DNA of 64,000 nt from assembly GCA_021786315.1 (NCBI GenBank), contig JAJYNN010000002.1, positions 398,997 to 462,996 of the forward strand, given 5' to 3'. The notes under the pieces are model-generated. The model saw only the letters and a program-made list of their open reading frames with translations, was not told the origin of the DNA and ran no database searches. Source of the stretch: a bacterium. Its GTDB lineage: Bacteria > Patescibacteriota > Microgenomatia > Daviesbacterales > UBA10151. Made by a program: the position numbers and the translations under genes. Within the stretch, counting starts at the first letter, position 1. Every line of letters begins with the position of its first letter. Positions 1 through 11,044 of the stretch are shown one piece after another.

Positions 1-347
1 GGATGGTTTATTAGTATCGATACCGTCCAAACTACCAGTGGGTCCGATTCGATGGTGAGCCTGGCGGGCAATGTCGACTAATCCAGAATGGATCCAGCCA
101 TCTTCTTCGCTATAAGCTCCTACTAACTTTGCCCGATCGCTCATTTCGTTAATACCAAAATTATATCCGTAGTAAGCCAAAACCATCCTCAGTGAAGTTA
201 ACCCGCAAGCCTTGCGCCCGTAAAGGTTTAAGGCATCTTCTTCTTGTTGTGAATAATATGGAATTTGTAAATCCACTTTCGTTTTTGGCTCCTGCTGATC
301 TCTGCTTTCAGCTTCAAATTTCAGCATGTTTTTTTCTCTTTCTCCCA
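1..347 (-). CDS. Peptidase C39-like (papain-fold) domain protein, 5' part only; the gene runs off the window start.
   Basis: Minus-strand translation from ATG ~347 (alternative ATG ~327) gives MGEREKNMLKFEAE...YYSQQEEDALNLYGRKACGLTSLRMVLAYYGYNFG. The CG.tSL.MvLayyG pattern matches the catalytic Cys region of C39_2-type peptidases. This ORF is absent from the ORF track because it has no stop within the window. Confidence 0.4.
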
Positions 348-992
348 TAATAATGCTTTCAGTCTTCTAATGCCATCACCTTCGTCACAGTTATAGCTAA
401 AAGACTCTAAGTCTTCCGGAAGCTGGCCATTAATAATCCGGTCAGTATGCACTCCGTTTGTTTGGGTGACTCCGCTTGAATGAGCGTAGGTTATTATACT
501 ATCTTTTGTCTCCAAAATGACAACTGTGTGTAAAATATCACCGGTGCTGTTGAGCTTGATAAAATCCCCCGGCTGGATTTCGCTAAAGCTGGAAACAGGG
601 ATGCTAAATTCATCCGAGGCAAGTTTGGCTACATTAGTCCGGCCAACGTGTGGCAGCCCAAAGGCTTCTAAATTTTTGCCTTTGGCTTCCTGGACAAGAT
701 AATTGAGCATCCGGTAAGCAAAACCGGAGCAATCGATACCGAGTTTGTTTTTCCGCATAAAATCGCGGATTTCCTCTACTGAAGCTTGATCAAGATCAAA
801 ATTTTGTTCCTTGGCGAGTTTGATGGTGGTTTCTGTTAATACTTCAGGGGAACTTTTGCCCTGGAATTCAGGGCCAATTTTTTGAAAGCTGCCTACCTCA
901 TTCCTTCTGTAAGGAGAAGGGACCCTTTTCCCGCCCAAAGGAAGCAGGAATTGGTCATAAGCTTCCCAAAGGATTTTAGAGTAATCTGACAT
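321..992 (-). CDS. Putative papain-fold cysteine peptidase (NlpC/P60- or transglutaminase-like)
   Basis: 223-aa ORF with GIDCSGFAYRM (Cys nucleophile context) and a downstream GDILHTVVI (His). It lies directly upstream of the C39-like gene on the same strand. Confidence 0.4.
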   Translation of the reverse strand: MSDYSKILWEAYDQFLLPLGGKRVPSPYRRNEVGSFQKIGPEFQGKSSPEVLTETTIKLAKEQNFDLDQASVEEIRDFMRKNKLGIDCSGFAYRMLNYLVQEAKGKNLEAFGLPHVGRTNVAKLASDEFSIPVSSFSEIQPGDFIKLNSTGDILHTVVILETKDSIITYAHSSGVTQTNGVHTDRIINGQLPEDLESFSYNCDEGDGIRRLKALLWEKEKKTC

Positions 993-1001
993 GCGGATAT
1001 T

Positions 1002-1070
1002 ATAGGGCTACCTTTTGACTTCGTCAAAACGATCCTGTAATTTCTCCCCGCATTCGCGGTCGAAATTATA
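1002..1070. repeat. Two-hairpin short repeat, full copy A (intergenic)
   Basis: TATAGGGCTACCTT-TTGACTTCGTCAAA-ACGATCCTGTAATTTCTC-CCGCATTCGCGG-TCGAAATTATA. Confidence 0.75.
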
Positions 1071-1082
1071 ACTTAGTCGAGG

Positions 1083-3041
<1,959 letters not shown>

Positions 3042-3133
3042 TTAATTACCACGGTCTAGCCGTGGTCCCCTTGAAAAACAGTTTATCAGGTAAAGTTGAA
3101 TTTTGCAACTCGGGCATCGCAGATTAGGTTGTC

Positions 3134-3769
3134 CTAATGCGATAAAATGGGCATTTTAAGCATGAGGTATTCCAGGATAGCCCGAATGTTTACATTTTGG
3201 TTGGCCCACTTCTCTGCTTCTAAGATATCCTTGATAAAATCCTTATGTTTTTCTGGTTCCTTTAATAATTGTCCCTGAAAGTAAGCTGCCAAATCTTTTA
3301 AAAATTGGTCTTTTCCATCCAGTTTTTCAATAAATTTAAACCTTTCTTCTGTGCTTGCGCCTAAGAGTTTTTCTATATCCGGAAAATATTTCCCCTCTCC
3401 CCTTTTATCTTTATCCAGGTGAGTAATCTGACAGCGGGAGATAACGGTAGGTAATAATTTATCCTCTGAAGATACTCCCAAGATAATGACTGCCTCTGCC
3501 GGAGGTTCCTCCAAAGTTTTTAAAAAGGCGTTTTGGGCATCCAAAGACAGGTTGTCCGCCTGGATAGCTACAACCGCTTGGGATTTTCCCTGGTAAGGTT
3601 TTAAGGATAAAAACTCTTTGATTTTTCTTACCTGCTCAATCCCCAATTTTTCCTCATCAAGCCATAAAAGGTTGGGGTGGGAACGGCTGAGCCCGTTTTG
3701 TTCCAGGATCAAAGTTGCCTTCTCTTCCCTCTTGGATAAATCAGGATGAATCAGAAGCTGGGAAATCAT
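3134..3769 (-). CDS. holB: DNA polymerase III delta-prime-like clamp-loader subunit (N-terminally reduced)
   Basis: 211 aa with the AQNAFLKTLEEPP and TVISRCQ motifs typical of delta'/gamma clamp-loader proteins. No Walker A motif. Confidence 0.55.
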   Translation of the reverse strand: MISQLLIHPDLSKREEKATLILEQNGLSRSHPNLLWLDEEKLGIEQVRKIKEFLSLKPYQGKSQAVVAIQADNLSLDAQNAFLKTLEEPPAEAVIILGVSSEDKLLPTVISRCQITHLDKDKRGEGKYFPDIEKLLGASTEERFKFIEKLDGKDQFLKDLAAYFQGQLLKEPEKHKDFIKDILEAEKWANQNVNIRAILEYLMLKMPILSH

Positions 3770-3860
3770 TGCCCAGATTATATATCATCTTAATCTGTTA
3801 CAGAGAGTCCCATTGACCCGTTCGATCATACTCAGGGTCAATCCTGAACTTGTTGAAGGA

Positions 3861-3890
3861 TTGACACCTCTTTCCATATCTGAACATAAT
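3861..3890 (+). promoter_or_regulatory. Candidate sigma70-type promoter upstream of pilB (TTGACA-18-CATAAT)
   Basis: TTGACA at ~3861-3866 and cATAAT at ~3885-3890, in the AT-rich divergent region between holB and pilB. Confidence 0.25.
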
Positions 3891-4002
3891 GGAATAAATA
3901 GGAATTAAGAATTCAGAATTATGAATTAAGAATATTTGGCTTTAAGTCCATTTGGATGGATTTTATTCTGCATTCTGAACTCTACATTCTAGATTCACAT
4001 TT

Positions 4003-5706
4003 ATGGCACAGCCTGCTCAGTTTGGTATTGAAGATGTCTTATTCAAACAGGGTTTGTTAACCGCAAACCAGCTTTCTTCGATAAAGCTCGAGGCAATCAA
4101 TAGTGGCCAGTCTGCTGAGCAAATTATTGAATCCCATCAGTTAGTGCCTCCGGCTAAGATGGCAGCCGCCCGGTCTCAGCTTTTGGGTGTCCCCTTTATT
4201 AACCTGGAAGGCAAAGCTATTTCCCCTGAGGTTTTAAATTATATTCCTGAAGCCGTAGCTCGCCGTTACCGCTTGGTACCCTTTGACCGTAAAGCCGACA
4301 AGCTTTTTGTAGCTATGGCTGATCCTTTAGATCTCCAGGTTATCCAATTCATTGAGAAAAAATCCGGACTTTTTGTTAAGCCTTACCTGGCGGTTCCGGA
4401 AGATATCTTAAAGGCTGTCTCTGACCAGTACTCCCAGAACTTAACCAGTGAAGTTACCTCTGCCCTGAAGGAAGTAAACTCGATGCAGGCGCCGCACCAG
4501 GAGACTCCGGAAGAAAAGGCCGAGGTCCTTAAAGAGGCGCCGGTTGCCAACATTATCACCCAGCTTTTGGAATATGCTGTTAAGTCCCACGCTTCCGATA
4601 TTCATATCGAGCCTTTGGAGGATAAAACCCGTGTCCGTTACCGGATTGACGGTATTTTGCATGAAAAAGTGATTTTGCCCCGGGGAGTGCATGAGGCGGT
4701 AATTTCCAGGATTAAAATCTTGTCCAACTTAAAGATTGAGGAAAAGAGGTTGCCGCAAGACGGACGTTTTAGCTATACCTCCGGCAAATCTGTGTTTGAC
4801 CTCCGTGTTTCCACTGTCCCTACTATTTACGGTGAAAAGGTAGTGATGAGGTTGCTTCCTAAAAGTACTGTTGCTCCGACTCTGCAGGAGCTGGGACTGC
4901 GGGGTGTGGCTTTGAAAAACCTGGAATTTCAAATTACCCGGCCCCATGGAATCATCTTAATCTGTGGTCCTACAGGTTCCGGTAAAACCACTACCCTCTA
5001 CTCGATCCTGACTAAACTCTCTACCACTAAGGTTAACCTGGTCACTATTGAGGATCCGGTTGAGTACCAGATTCCCGGTGCAAACCAGGTCCAGGCCAAC
5101 CCTCAAATTGGTTTGACTTTTGCCCAAGCCCTCAGGTCTTTCCTGCGGCAAGACCCGAACGTTATCCTGGTGGGAGAGATTCGTGATGCGGAAACTGCCG
5201 ATTTGGCTATTCAGGCAGCCCTCACCGGCCACGAAGTGTTTTCTACCCTGCACACTAATACTGCCTCCGGTGCTCTCCCCAGGCTTTTAGATATGGGGAT
5301 GGAGCCATTCCTTTTAGCTTCCTCTATCAATGCCGTTGTCGGGCAGAGAATTTTAAGAAAGGTTTGCCAGACCTGTAAAGCGCCGTTTACTCCTCCGCCG
5401 GAGGTTGCCGACAATATCCGGAAAGTTTTAGGGAATCTGGTGCCTGCTAATAAACCAATTACTTTGTACAAAGGAGTCGGTTGCGCCAGTTGCGGGCATG
5501 TCGGTTACTCGGGCCGAATTGGAATTTTTGAGGCTCTGATTGTAACCCCTAAAATTATGAAGATGATTTTGGAGCGGACTTCTGCCCAGGAGATAGAAAC
5601 TGAGGCGATATCGGAGGGAATGATTACCTTAAAACAGGATGGGTACTTGAAGGCCTTAGAAGGCGTTACTACTTTAGAGGAGGTACTAAGGGTCGCCGAG
5701 GATTAA
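4003..5706 (+). CDS. pilB: Type IV pilus assembly ATPase PilB (GspE family)
   Basis: 567 aa. T2SE_N-like N-terminus, Walker A GPTGSGKTTTL, and the tetracysteine CQTC...CASCGH motif. Confidence 0.9.
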   Translation: MAQPAQFGIEDVLFKQGLLTANQLSSIKLEAINSGQSAEQIIESHQLVPPAKMAAARSQLLGVPFINLEGKAISPEVLNYIPEAVARRYRLVPFDRKADKLFVAMADPLDLQVIQFIEKKSGLFVKPYLAVPEDILKAVSDQYSQNLTSEVTSALKEVNSMQAPHQETPEEKAEVLKEAPVANIITQLLEYAVKSHASDIHIEPLEDKTRVRYRIDGILHEKVILPRGVHEAVISRIKILSNLKIEEKRLPQDGRFSYTSGKSVFDLRVSTVPTIYGEKVVMRLLPKSTVAPTLQELGLRGVALKNLEFQITRPHGIILICGPTGSGKTTTLYSILTKLSTTKVNLVTIEDPVEYQIPGANQVQANPQIGLTFAQALRSFLRQDPNVILVGEIRDAETADLAIQAALTGHEVFSTLHTNTASGALPRLLDMGMEPFLLASSINAVVGQRILRKVCQTCKAPFTPPPEVADNIRKVLGNLVPANKPITLYKGVGCASCGHVGYSGRIGIFEALIVTPKIMKMILERTSAQEIETEAISEGMITLKQDGYLKALEGVTTLEEVLRVAED

Positions 5707-5709
5707 ACA

Positions 5710-6768
5710 ATGAACATCCAACAACTGCTCGATTTGGCAATTACCCGTAATGCTTCTGATTTGCATTTAGTTGTGGGTTACCCGCCAATGCTAAGAATCC
5801 ACGGAGGCTTATCCCCCATTGCCGGAACACCGGTACTCACAGATGCGGAGATGGCGGCTTTGGTTTTGTCAGTGCTTACCCCTGTCCAAAAGCAGGTTTT
5901 GGAAAGTACTTTTGAACTTGATTTTGCTATTTCTTTTCAAAACAAAGCCAGGTTTAGGGTCAATGTCTTTAAGGAACAGAACCATCTTGCCTCAGCTTTC
6001 CGGCTTATACCCGTGGAGATTCCGGAACTGGAGAGTCTGGGACTTCCCCAGGTTATCTCCCGGTTAACAAACTTGCGCCAAGGTTTGATTTTAGTGACCG
6101 GCCCTACCGGCCATGGTAAGTCCACAACTTTGGCATCCATGATCAACCGGATAAATATGACCAGAAGATCCCATATTATCACCATTGAAGACCCTATTGA
6201 GTATGTTTACCCCAAAGCTAACGCTTTAATTTCCCAAAGGGAGATGTATCTTGACACTAAGACCTGGCCTAACGCTTTGCGGGCGGCTCTTCGTGAAGAC
6301 CCGGATGTGGTGTTGGTTGGCGAAATGCGTGATTATGAAACTATCGCCTCGACCATCACCATTGCCGAGACCGGCCATTTGGTCCTGGCTACCCTGCACA
6401 CGAATTCAGCAGCCCAGTCCGTGGACCGTATTATTGACGTTTTCCCGGAAAACCAACAGCCGCAGATTAGGATGCAGCTTTCCGCGGTGCTGGAAGCAAT
6501 TCTTTCCCAAAGGCTTATTCCGACAATTATCCCGGGACGGGTTTTGGCTGCTGAGCTGCTGCTGAAAACTCCGGCGTTATCCGAACTCATCAGAAGCTCA
6601 AAAACCCACCTTATAGATAACTTAATCCAAACATCGGGAGAGCTGGGAATGATTAATTTGGAAACGTCACTGGCGAAACTGGTTAAGGAAGGCAAAATAG
6701 CTATGGAGGTAGCTCAGAACTACTCGCTTAGGCCGGATTTATTAGCGAAGTTGATCGGAGGTATGTAG
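5710..6768 (+). CDS. pilT: Twitching-motility (retraction) ATPase PilT
   Basis: 352 aa. GPTGHGKSTTLASMI Walker A and the PilT-like AIRNLIRE-region equivalent. Follows pilB after 3 nt. Confidence 0.9.
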   Translation: MNIQQLLDLAITRNASDLHLVVGYPPMLRIHGGLSPIAGTPVLTDAEMAALVLSVLTPVQKQVLESTFELDFAISFQNKARFRVNVFKEQNHLASAFRLIPVEIPELESLGLPQVISRLTNLRQGLILVTGPTGHGKSTTLASMINRINMTRRSHIITIEDPIEYVYPKANALISQREMYLDTKTWPNALRAALREDPDVVLVGEMRDYETIASTITIAETGHLVLATLHTNSAAQSVDRIIDVFPENQQPQIRMQLSAVLEAILSQRLIPTIIPGRVLAAELLLKTPALSELIRSSKTHLIDNLIQTSGELGMINLETSLAKLVKEGKIAMEVAQNYSLRPDLLAKLIGGM

Positions 6769-6772
6769 CTTT

Positions 6773-7981
6773 ATGCCCATTTATAGTTATGTAGCCAAAG
6801 ATTTGCAGGGTGAATATCATAAAGGCGAGGTTGAGACAGCCGACGAGTACCAGGGCGCCCAACTTTTAAGAAGGAAGAAACTGATTGTTATCTCTCTTAA
6901 AGCCAAATCCCAAAACCAGAAGAAATTTCTGGAAAAACTATTATTCAGGGTTTCTTTTGCTGATGTGGTTATTATGACCCGGCAATTGGCCACCATGATT
7001 CAGGCGGGGTTGGTTTTATCCGAAGCTTTGGATATTCTTGAGGAACAGCAAACCAATAAAAAATTTAAGGAAGTTTTAGGGAAGATTTCTTCGGATGTTA
7101 AAGGAGGTTTGGATTTTGCAACCGCCATCGAAAAACACCCCGATGTCTTTCCCAGTCTTTACAGTAAATTAGTCCGTGCCGGACAGGCTTCCGGAAAGAT
7201 GGATACAATCCTGTTGGAGTTGGCAGCGAACCTGGAAAAAGAACGAAGCTTCAAAAGTAAGGTTCGGGGAGCCATGATTTATCCTATTGTGGTTATTACC
7301 ATGATGTTTGCCGTGATGCTCATTATGGTTTTCTTTGTTATGCCAAAGCTTATGAGCTTGTATAGTGAATCAGGCATCGATCTCCCCCTGCCTACCAAGA
7401 TTATGTTGGCATTTGCCAACTTAGCCATTAACTTTTGGTGGTTGGGAATAATCATTGCTGTTATGGTGGTTGCCGGAGTCAGGCGTTTTCTCTCTACTCC
7501 CACAGGGAGGCTATTTTTTGACAAAATGATACTCAAGATCCCGGTTGTCGGTAAGGTTACATCCTTGGTTATCCTGACAAATTTTACCAGGACTTTTGGT
7601 TTACTTGTTGCTTCAGGTTTACCCATGCTGGAATCAATTAAAATTGTGAGCAATATTGTTGGAAACCTGGCTTTTAAGGAAAGTTTGGATGTGGCTTACA
7701 AAGGTGTGGAAAGAGGTTTGACTTTTTCCAGCCAGCTGATGGCTTTGCCGGTGTTTCCCAGAATTATTGGCCAGATGATAAAAACTGGTGAAGAAACCGG
7801 AAAACTGGATGACATTGTTTTCCGTTTAGCCGACTACTTTGAATCTGAAGCGGACAATGCTTTAAAGAATATTACTACCCTGATTGAACCGATTATTTTG
7901 GTGGTTTTGGGTGTTGGCGTTGCCCTTTTGGTTGTTTCCATAATTCTTCCGATCTATCAATTGACTACGAGTGTGAAATAG
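6773..7981 (+). CDS. pilC: Type IV pilus inner-membrane platform protein PilC (GspF family)
   Basis: 402 aa, duplicated GspF domains with 3 TM segments. Its position after pilB/pilT supports the call. Confidence 0.85.
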   Translation: MPIYSYVAKDLQGEYHKGEVETADEYQGAQLLRRKKLIVISLKAKSQNQKKFLEKLLFRVSFADVVIMTRQLATMIQAGLVLSEALDILEEQQTNKKFKEVLGKISSDVKGGLDFATAIEKHPDVFPSLYSKLVRAGQASGKMDTILLELAANLEKERSFKSKVRGAMIYPIVVITMMFAVMLIMVFFVMPKLMSLYSESGIDLPLPTKIMLAFANLAINFWWLGIIIAVMVVAGVRRFLSTPTGRLFFDKMILKIPVVGKVTSLVILTNFTRTFGLLVASGLPMLESIKIVSNIVGNLAFKESLDVAYKGVERGLTFSSQLMALPVFPRIIGQMIKTGEETGKLDDIVFRLADYFESEADNALKNITTLIEPIILVVLGVGVALLVVSIILPIYQLTTSVK

Positions 7982-8058
7982 CCACGCCGGGCTACTTGAC
8001 GAAATTTTTAAACTATGACAACAATGGATTATCTAGCAAAAAAAGGAGGTGAGGAAAA

Positions 8059-8565
8059 TTGAAGAAAACTGCCCGAGGTTTTACACTCGTTGAGCTTCTT
8101 GTAGTTATTGCTATTATCGCCATTTTAGCTGCGGTGGTAGTGTTAATTATTAATCCTATTGAACTTACAAAACGTAGCCGAGATGCAGCCAGACTTACAG
8201 ATTTAGCTAACTTGCAGCAGGCCATTAACGTCGCTGCTCAGGAAGCAACTGCTTCTGGCGCTGCCATTCTTTGTTCAGGGACCACTGCTCCGTGTCAAGG
8301 TGACTCTAAAGCAGATGGCCGTGCCTCTGATGGTAGCGGTTGGGTGAAAGTTAATCTTTCTGCCCAAAAGAGCGTTTCAGTTCCGACTTTGCCAATTGAC
8401 CCGATCAATGACGATACATATAAGTACAGCTATTACTCCGATGGGAATGCATGGGAGATTAATGCCGTGCTTGAGTCAGATCAACAAAAAGGCAAGATGA
8501 GTACTGACGGAGGTAACAATGATAATGCTTACGAGGTCGGTTCAAACCTGACCTTGTTACCATAA
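8059..8565 (+). CDS. pilA: Type IV pilin (prepilin with class III signal peptide); likely the major pilin
   Basis: TTG start preceded by the RBS AAGGAGGTGAGG. MKKTARG|FTLVELLVVIAIIAILAAVVV N-terminus with a C-terminal Cys pair. Confidence 0.8.
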   Translation: MKKTARGFTLVELLVVIAIIAILAAVVVLIINPIELTKRSRDAARLTDLANLQQAINVAAQEATASGAAILCSGTTAPCQGDSKADGRASDGSGWVKVNLSAQKSVSVPTLPIDPINDDTYKYSYYSDGNAWEINAVLESDQQKGKMSTDGGNNDNAYEVGSNLTLLP

Positions 8566-8566
8566 T

Positions 8567-9466
8567 ATGATACCGGCAGTCTTTGGGTTTGTATTAGGAG
8601 CGGTTTTAGGAAGCTTTATTCAAGCAACTGCCGGTAGGATAATTTCTGGAAAAACGTTGAGGGGAAGGTCGTATTGTCTAAGTTGTAAGCATACCCTTAG
8701 GTGGTACGACCTCTTTCCGGTTTTGTCTTATTTAACACTGCGCGGCAGATGCCGCTATTGCCACAAAAGGATTCCGGTTGAGGATTTTTTAGTAGAGATA
8801 ATTATAGCAACGGTTTATGCTCTTCTTTTTTGGGTGAATGTTCCTCAAAGTATTATTTATAACTTCCAACCGGGTTTGTCTTTTACTCTATTCCTTTTAG
8901 ACTTAATTTTTAAAGTATTTATAACCGGAATATTTGCCTTGGTGTTTCTAATCGACCTTAAGTCGGGTCTGATACCGAATGTGGTCACTTATCCGTCTAC
9001 AGTTATAACGATTGTTTATTTACTGGTCTCAAATTTAGTTAAGACCTTAAGTTTTTATCAGGGTTTTCGGGGAAGCCCGTTGGCGAAATACTTAATGCCT
9101 CCCGAATCCAGCTATGTGTATGACCACCTGCTTCGGATTTGGACGCCGCTCGCCTGGACATCGATTGCAGCTGTCACCATAACTTTGATCTTTGTGCTTT
9201 TAATAGTGGTCACAAAAGGCCGGGGTATGGGTTGGGGTGATGTTAAATATGTTTTCTTATTAGGGTTGGCCTTGGGGTTTCCGGATATTATTCCGGCAAT
9301 CTTTATCGCCTTTTTGTCCGGAGCTGTCTTCTCATTATTCCTAATTTTGTTGAGGAAAAAGACTTTTGGCCAAACTGTACCCTTTGGTCCTTTCTTAAGT
9401 TTAGGCGCGATTATTGCTCTACTTTTTGGCACTCAGATTATCAGGATTTACATAGGGATTTTTTAA
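8567..9466 (+). CDS. pilD: Prepilin peptidase / N-methyltransferase PilD (A24 family)
   Basis: 299 aa polytopic membrane protein with the zinc-binding CLSC...CRYC motif in the first cytoplasmic loop. Confidence 0.85.
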   Translation: MIPAVFGFVLGAVLGSFIQATAGRIISGKTLRGRSYCLSCKHTLRWYDLFPVLSYLTLRGRCRYCHKRIPVEDFLVEIIIATVYALLFWVNVPQSIIYNFQPGLSFTLFLLDLIFKVFITGIFALVFLIDLKSGLIPNVVTYPSTVITIVYLLVSNLVKTLSFYQGFRGSPLAKYLMPPESSYVYDHLLRIWTPLAWTSIAAVTITLIFVLLIVVTKGRGMGWGDVKYVFLLGLALGFPDIIPAIFIAFLSGAVFSLFLILLRKKTFGQTVPFGPFLSLGAIIALLFGTQIIRIYIGIF

Positions 9467-9511
9467 AAGGTCTTGACAACTTGTTTGAAAGAATCAATAC
9501 TGGATATATAA

Positions 9512-10009
9512 ATGAAAAAATATCTGCCCAACTCCGCTAAAGGCTTCACCCTCGTTGAAATTCTCGTTGCCATAACTATTATTGCAGTTTTGGCTGCTGT
9601 GGGTATTGTGGTCTTTGGCGGGGTGCAGACTAAAGCCCGGGATGCCAGGAGAAGCCAGGATTTAGATGCAATCGCCAACGCGATTGAAGGTAAGAAACAA
9701 GCCGGAGGCATTTTTTATTCTGGGCTTACTAGCGCTGATTTTTCCAGTGGCTCTATTCCGACTGACCCGAAATCATCAACCCAAAACTATTGTTTCTGGG
9801 GTAAGACCAGTGTTCCTCCTGTAGCTCCAATTACTAAGCCAACTGCTGATTCAGTAACCTGGTCAAATTGTAGCGGTCCAAGCGCCGATTACACTGCAGT
9901 AGTTGGGGCTAACATCCCCGCTGACGCAACTAAAGTTACTTCCTGGACAATTTGCGCCAAACAAGAAGGAGTTACTGGCGGAGTTGAGTGCCGCTACTCC
10001 AAACTTTAA
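9512..10009 (+). CDS. Type IV pilin paralog
   Basis: MKKYLPNSAKG|FTLVEILVAITIIAVLAAVG prepilin N-terminus; Cys residues in the C-terminal domain. Confidence 0.75.
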   Translation: MKKYLPNSAKGFTLVEILVAITIIAVLAAVGIVVFGGVQTKARDARRSQDLDAIANAIEGKKQAGGIFYSGLTSADFSSGSIPTDPKSSTQNYCFWGKTSVPPVAPITKPTADSVTWSNCSGPSADYTAVVGANIPADATKVTSWTICAKQEGVTGGVECRYSKL

Positions 10010-10023
10010 GCGGTTTAAGTACT

Positions 10024-10458
10024 ATGTATAACGTATTAAGGGGAAATACAAAAAAACAAAGTGGATTTACGCTAGTAGAGTTGATGGTGGCAATTTCTAT
10101 TGTTGCTGTTTTGTCTGCTGTGGGGTTTACACTTTTCCAAAGTACTCAGGCTTCAGCAAGAGATGCCAAGAGACGAGCTGATGTTGATGCGATGTCTACT
10201 GCTTTAGAAACTCACTATAATGCTGAATCCGGAGTCTATGCTGCTCTGGACGATTCTTGGTTTTCTGATAAGAAAATTCCAACTGATCCGCTCAATTCCG
10301 GGGGTTATGCTTATTCAGTAACTATTTCGGGTGATAACTCTTCTTATGTTGATTGTGCAAAACTTGAAAGAGGTGGAGGTAACTACTCTGACCAGGGCGT
10401 GACTCCGGCATCGGGAACGTCAGCCGTTTACTATTGTAAACTTAACCAGCAACAATGA
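10024..10458 (+). CDS. Type IV pilin paralog (start moved to the internal ATG, in frame with track ORF 9988..10458)
   Basis: MYNVLRGNTKKQSG|FTLVELMVAISIVAVLSAVG prepilin N-terminus. Confidence 0.7.
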   Translation: MYNVLRGNTKKQSGFTLVELMVAISIVAVLSAVGFTLFQSTQASARDAKRRADVDAMSTALETHYNAESGVYAALDDSWFSDKKIPTDPLNSGGYAYSVTISGDNSSYVDCAKLERGGGNYSDQGVTPASGTSAVYYCKLNQQQ

Positions 10459-10509
10459 TATATTGACAAAGGAGATAATTAAAGAAATACTTAATATAGA
10501 ACCAAAGAA

Positions 10510-10977
10510 ATGAAAAAATACCTGCCCAAAAACACAAGAACTATTGCTGGTTTTACCCTGATTGAATTGATGGTTGCGATTGCTATTGTGGCAGTCCTTT
10601 CAGCTATTGGGTTAGTTGCTTTTTCTTCTGTCCAAAAGAATTCCCGGGACGCCCGAAGAAGGGCTGAGCTCCAGACCATTGCCTCGGCAATCGAATCAGC
10701 CAAAGATCAGGATGCCGGAACCTTTACTTTTACCGCAGCTAATTTATCTAGCGAATTTCCCGGGAATACCAAAGCTGCAGCAGGAACTGATCCCTCAAGC
10801 TACCCCTACTGTTATAAAACTCCTTTGACGGCAACTAATCCGGCAGCCTGGACAACAGGTTGTCCTGCTGGCTGGACCGCAATGAGCGGTGGAATTGCTG
10901 CTGCTGCATCTTGGACAGTTTGTACCAGTCTTGAGGCCAGCAGTACAACCTTCTGTATTTCCAGCCTGACCAGGTAA
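10510..10977 (+). CDS. Type IV pilin paralog
   Basis: MKKYLPKNTRTIAG|FTLIELMVAIAIVAVLSAIG prepilin N-terminus. Confidence 0.7.
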   Translation: MKKYLPKNTRTIAGFTLIELMVAIAIVAVLSAIGLVAFSSVQKNSRDARRRAELQTIASAIESAKDQDAGTFTFTAANLSSEFPGNTKAAAGTDPSSYPYCYKTPLTATNPAAWTTGCPAGWTAMSGGIAAAASWTVCTSLEASSTTFCISSLTR

Positions 10978-11044
10978 TGGTCCTGGAGTACTCTAATTTC
11001 TAACTTGTTTTCTCAAACGTTTACTGGTTATTATAAGTATAGAT

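Noticed and set aside
4441-6695. Minus-strand and alternate-frame ORFs within pilB/pilT (4441..4692, 4729..4947, 4957..5253, 5211..5471, 5819..6067, 5937..6185, 6251..6565, 6333..6695).
   Set aside because: They overlap strongly supported pilB/pilT coding sequence and have no conserved motifs.
9463-9711. An 82-aa minus-strand ORF overlapping the start of a pilin gene, and similar antisense ORFs at 10491..10703 and 14356..14589.
   Set aside because: They are antisense to the hydrophobic pilin N-terminal helix region, which commonly yields spurious reverse-strand ORFs.
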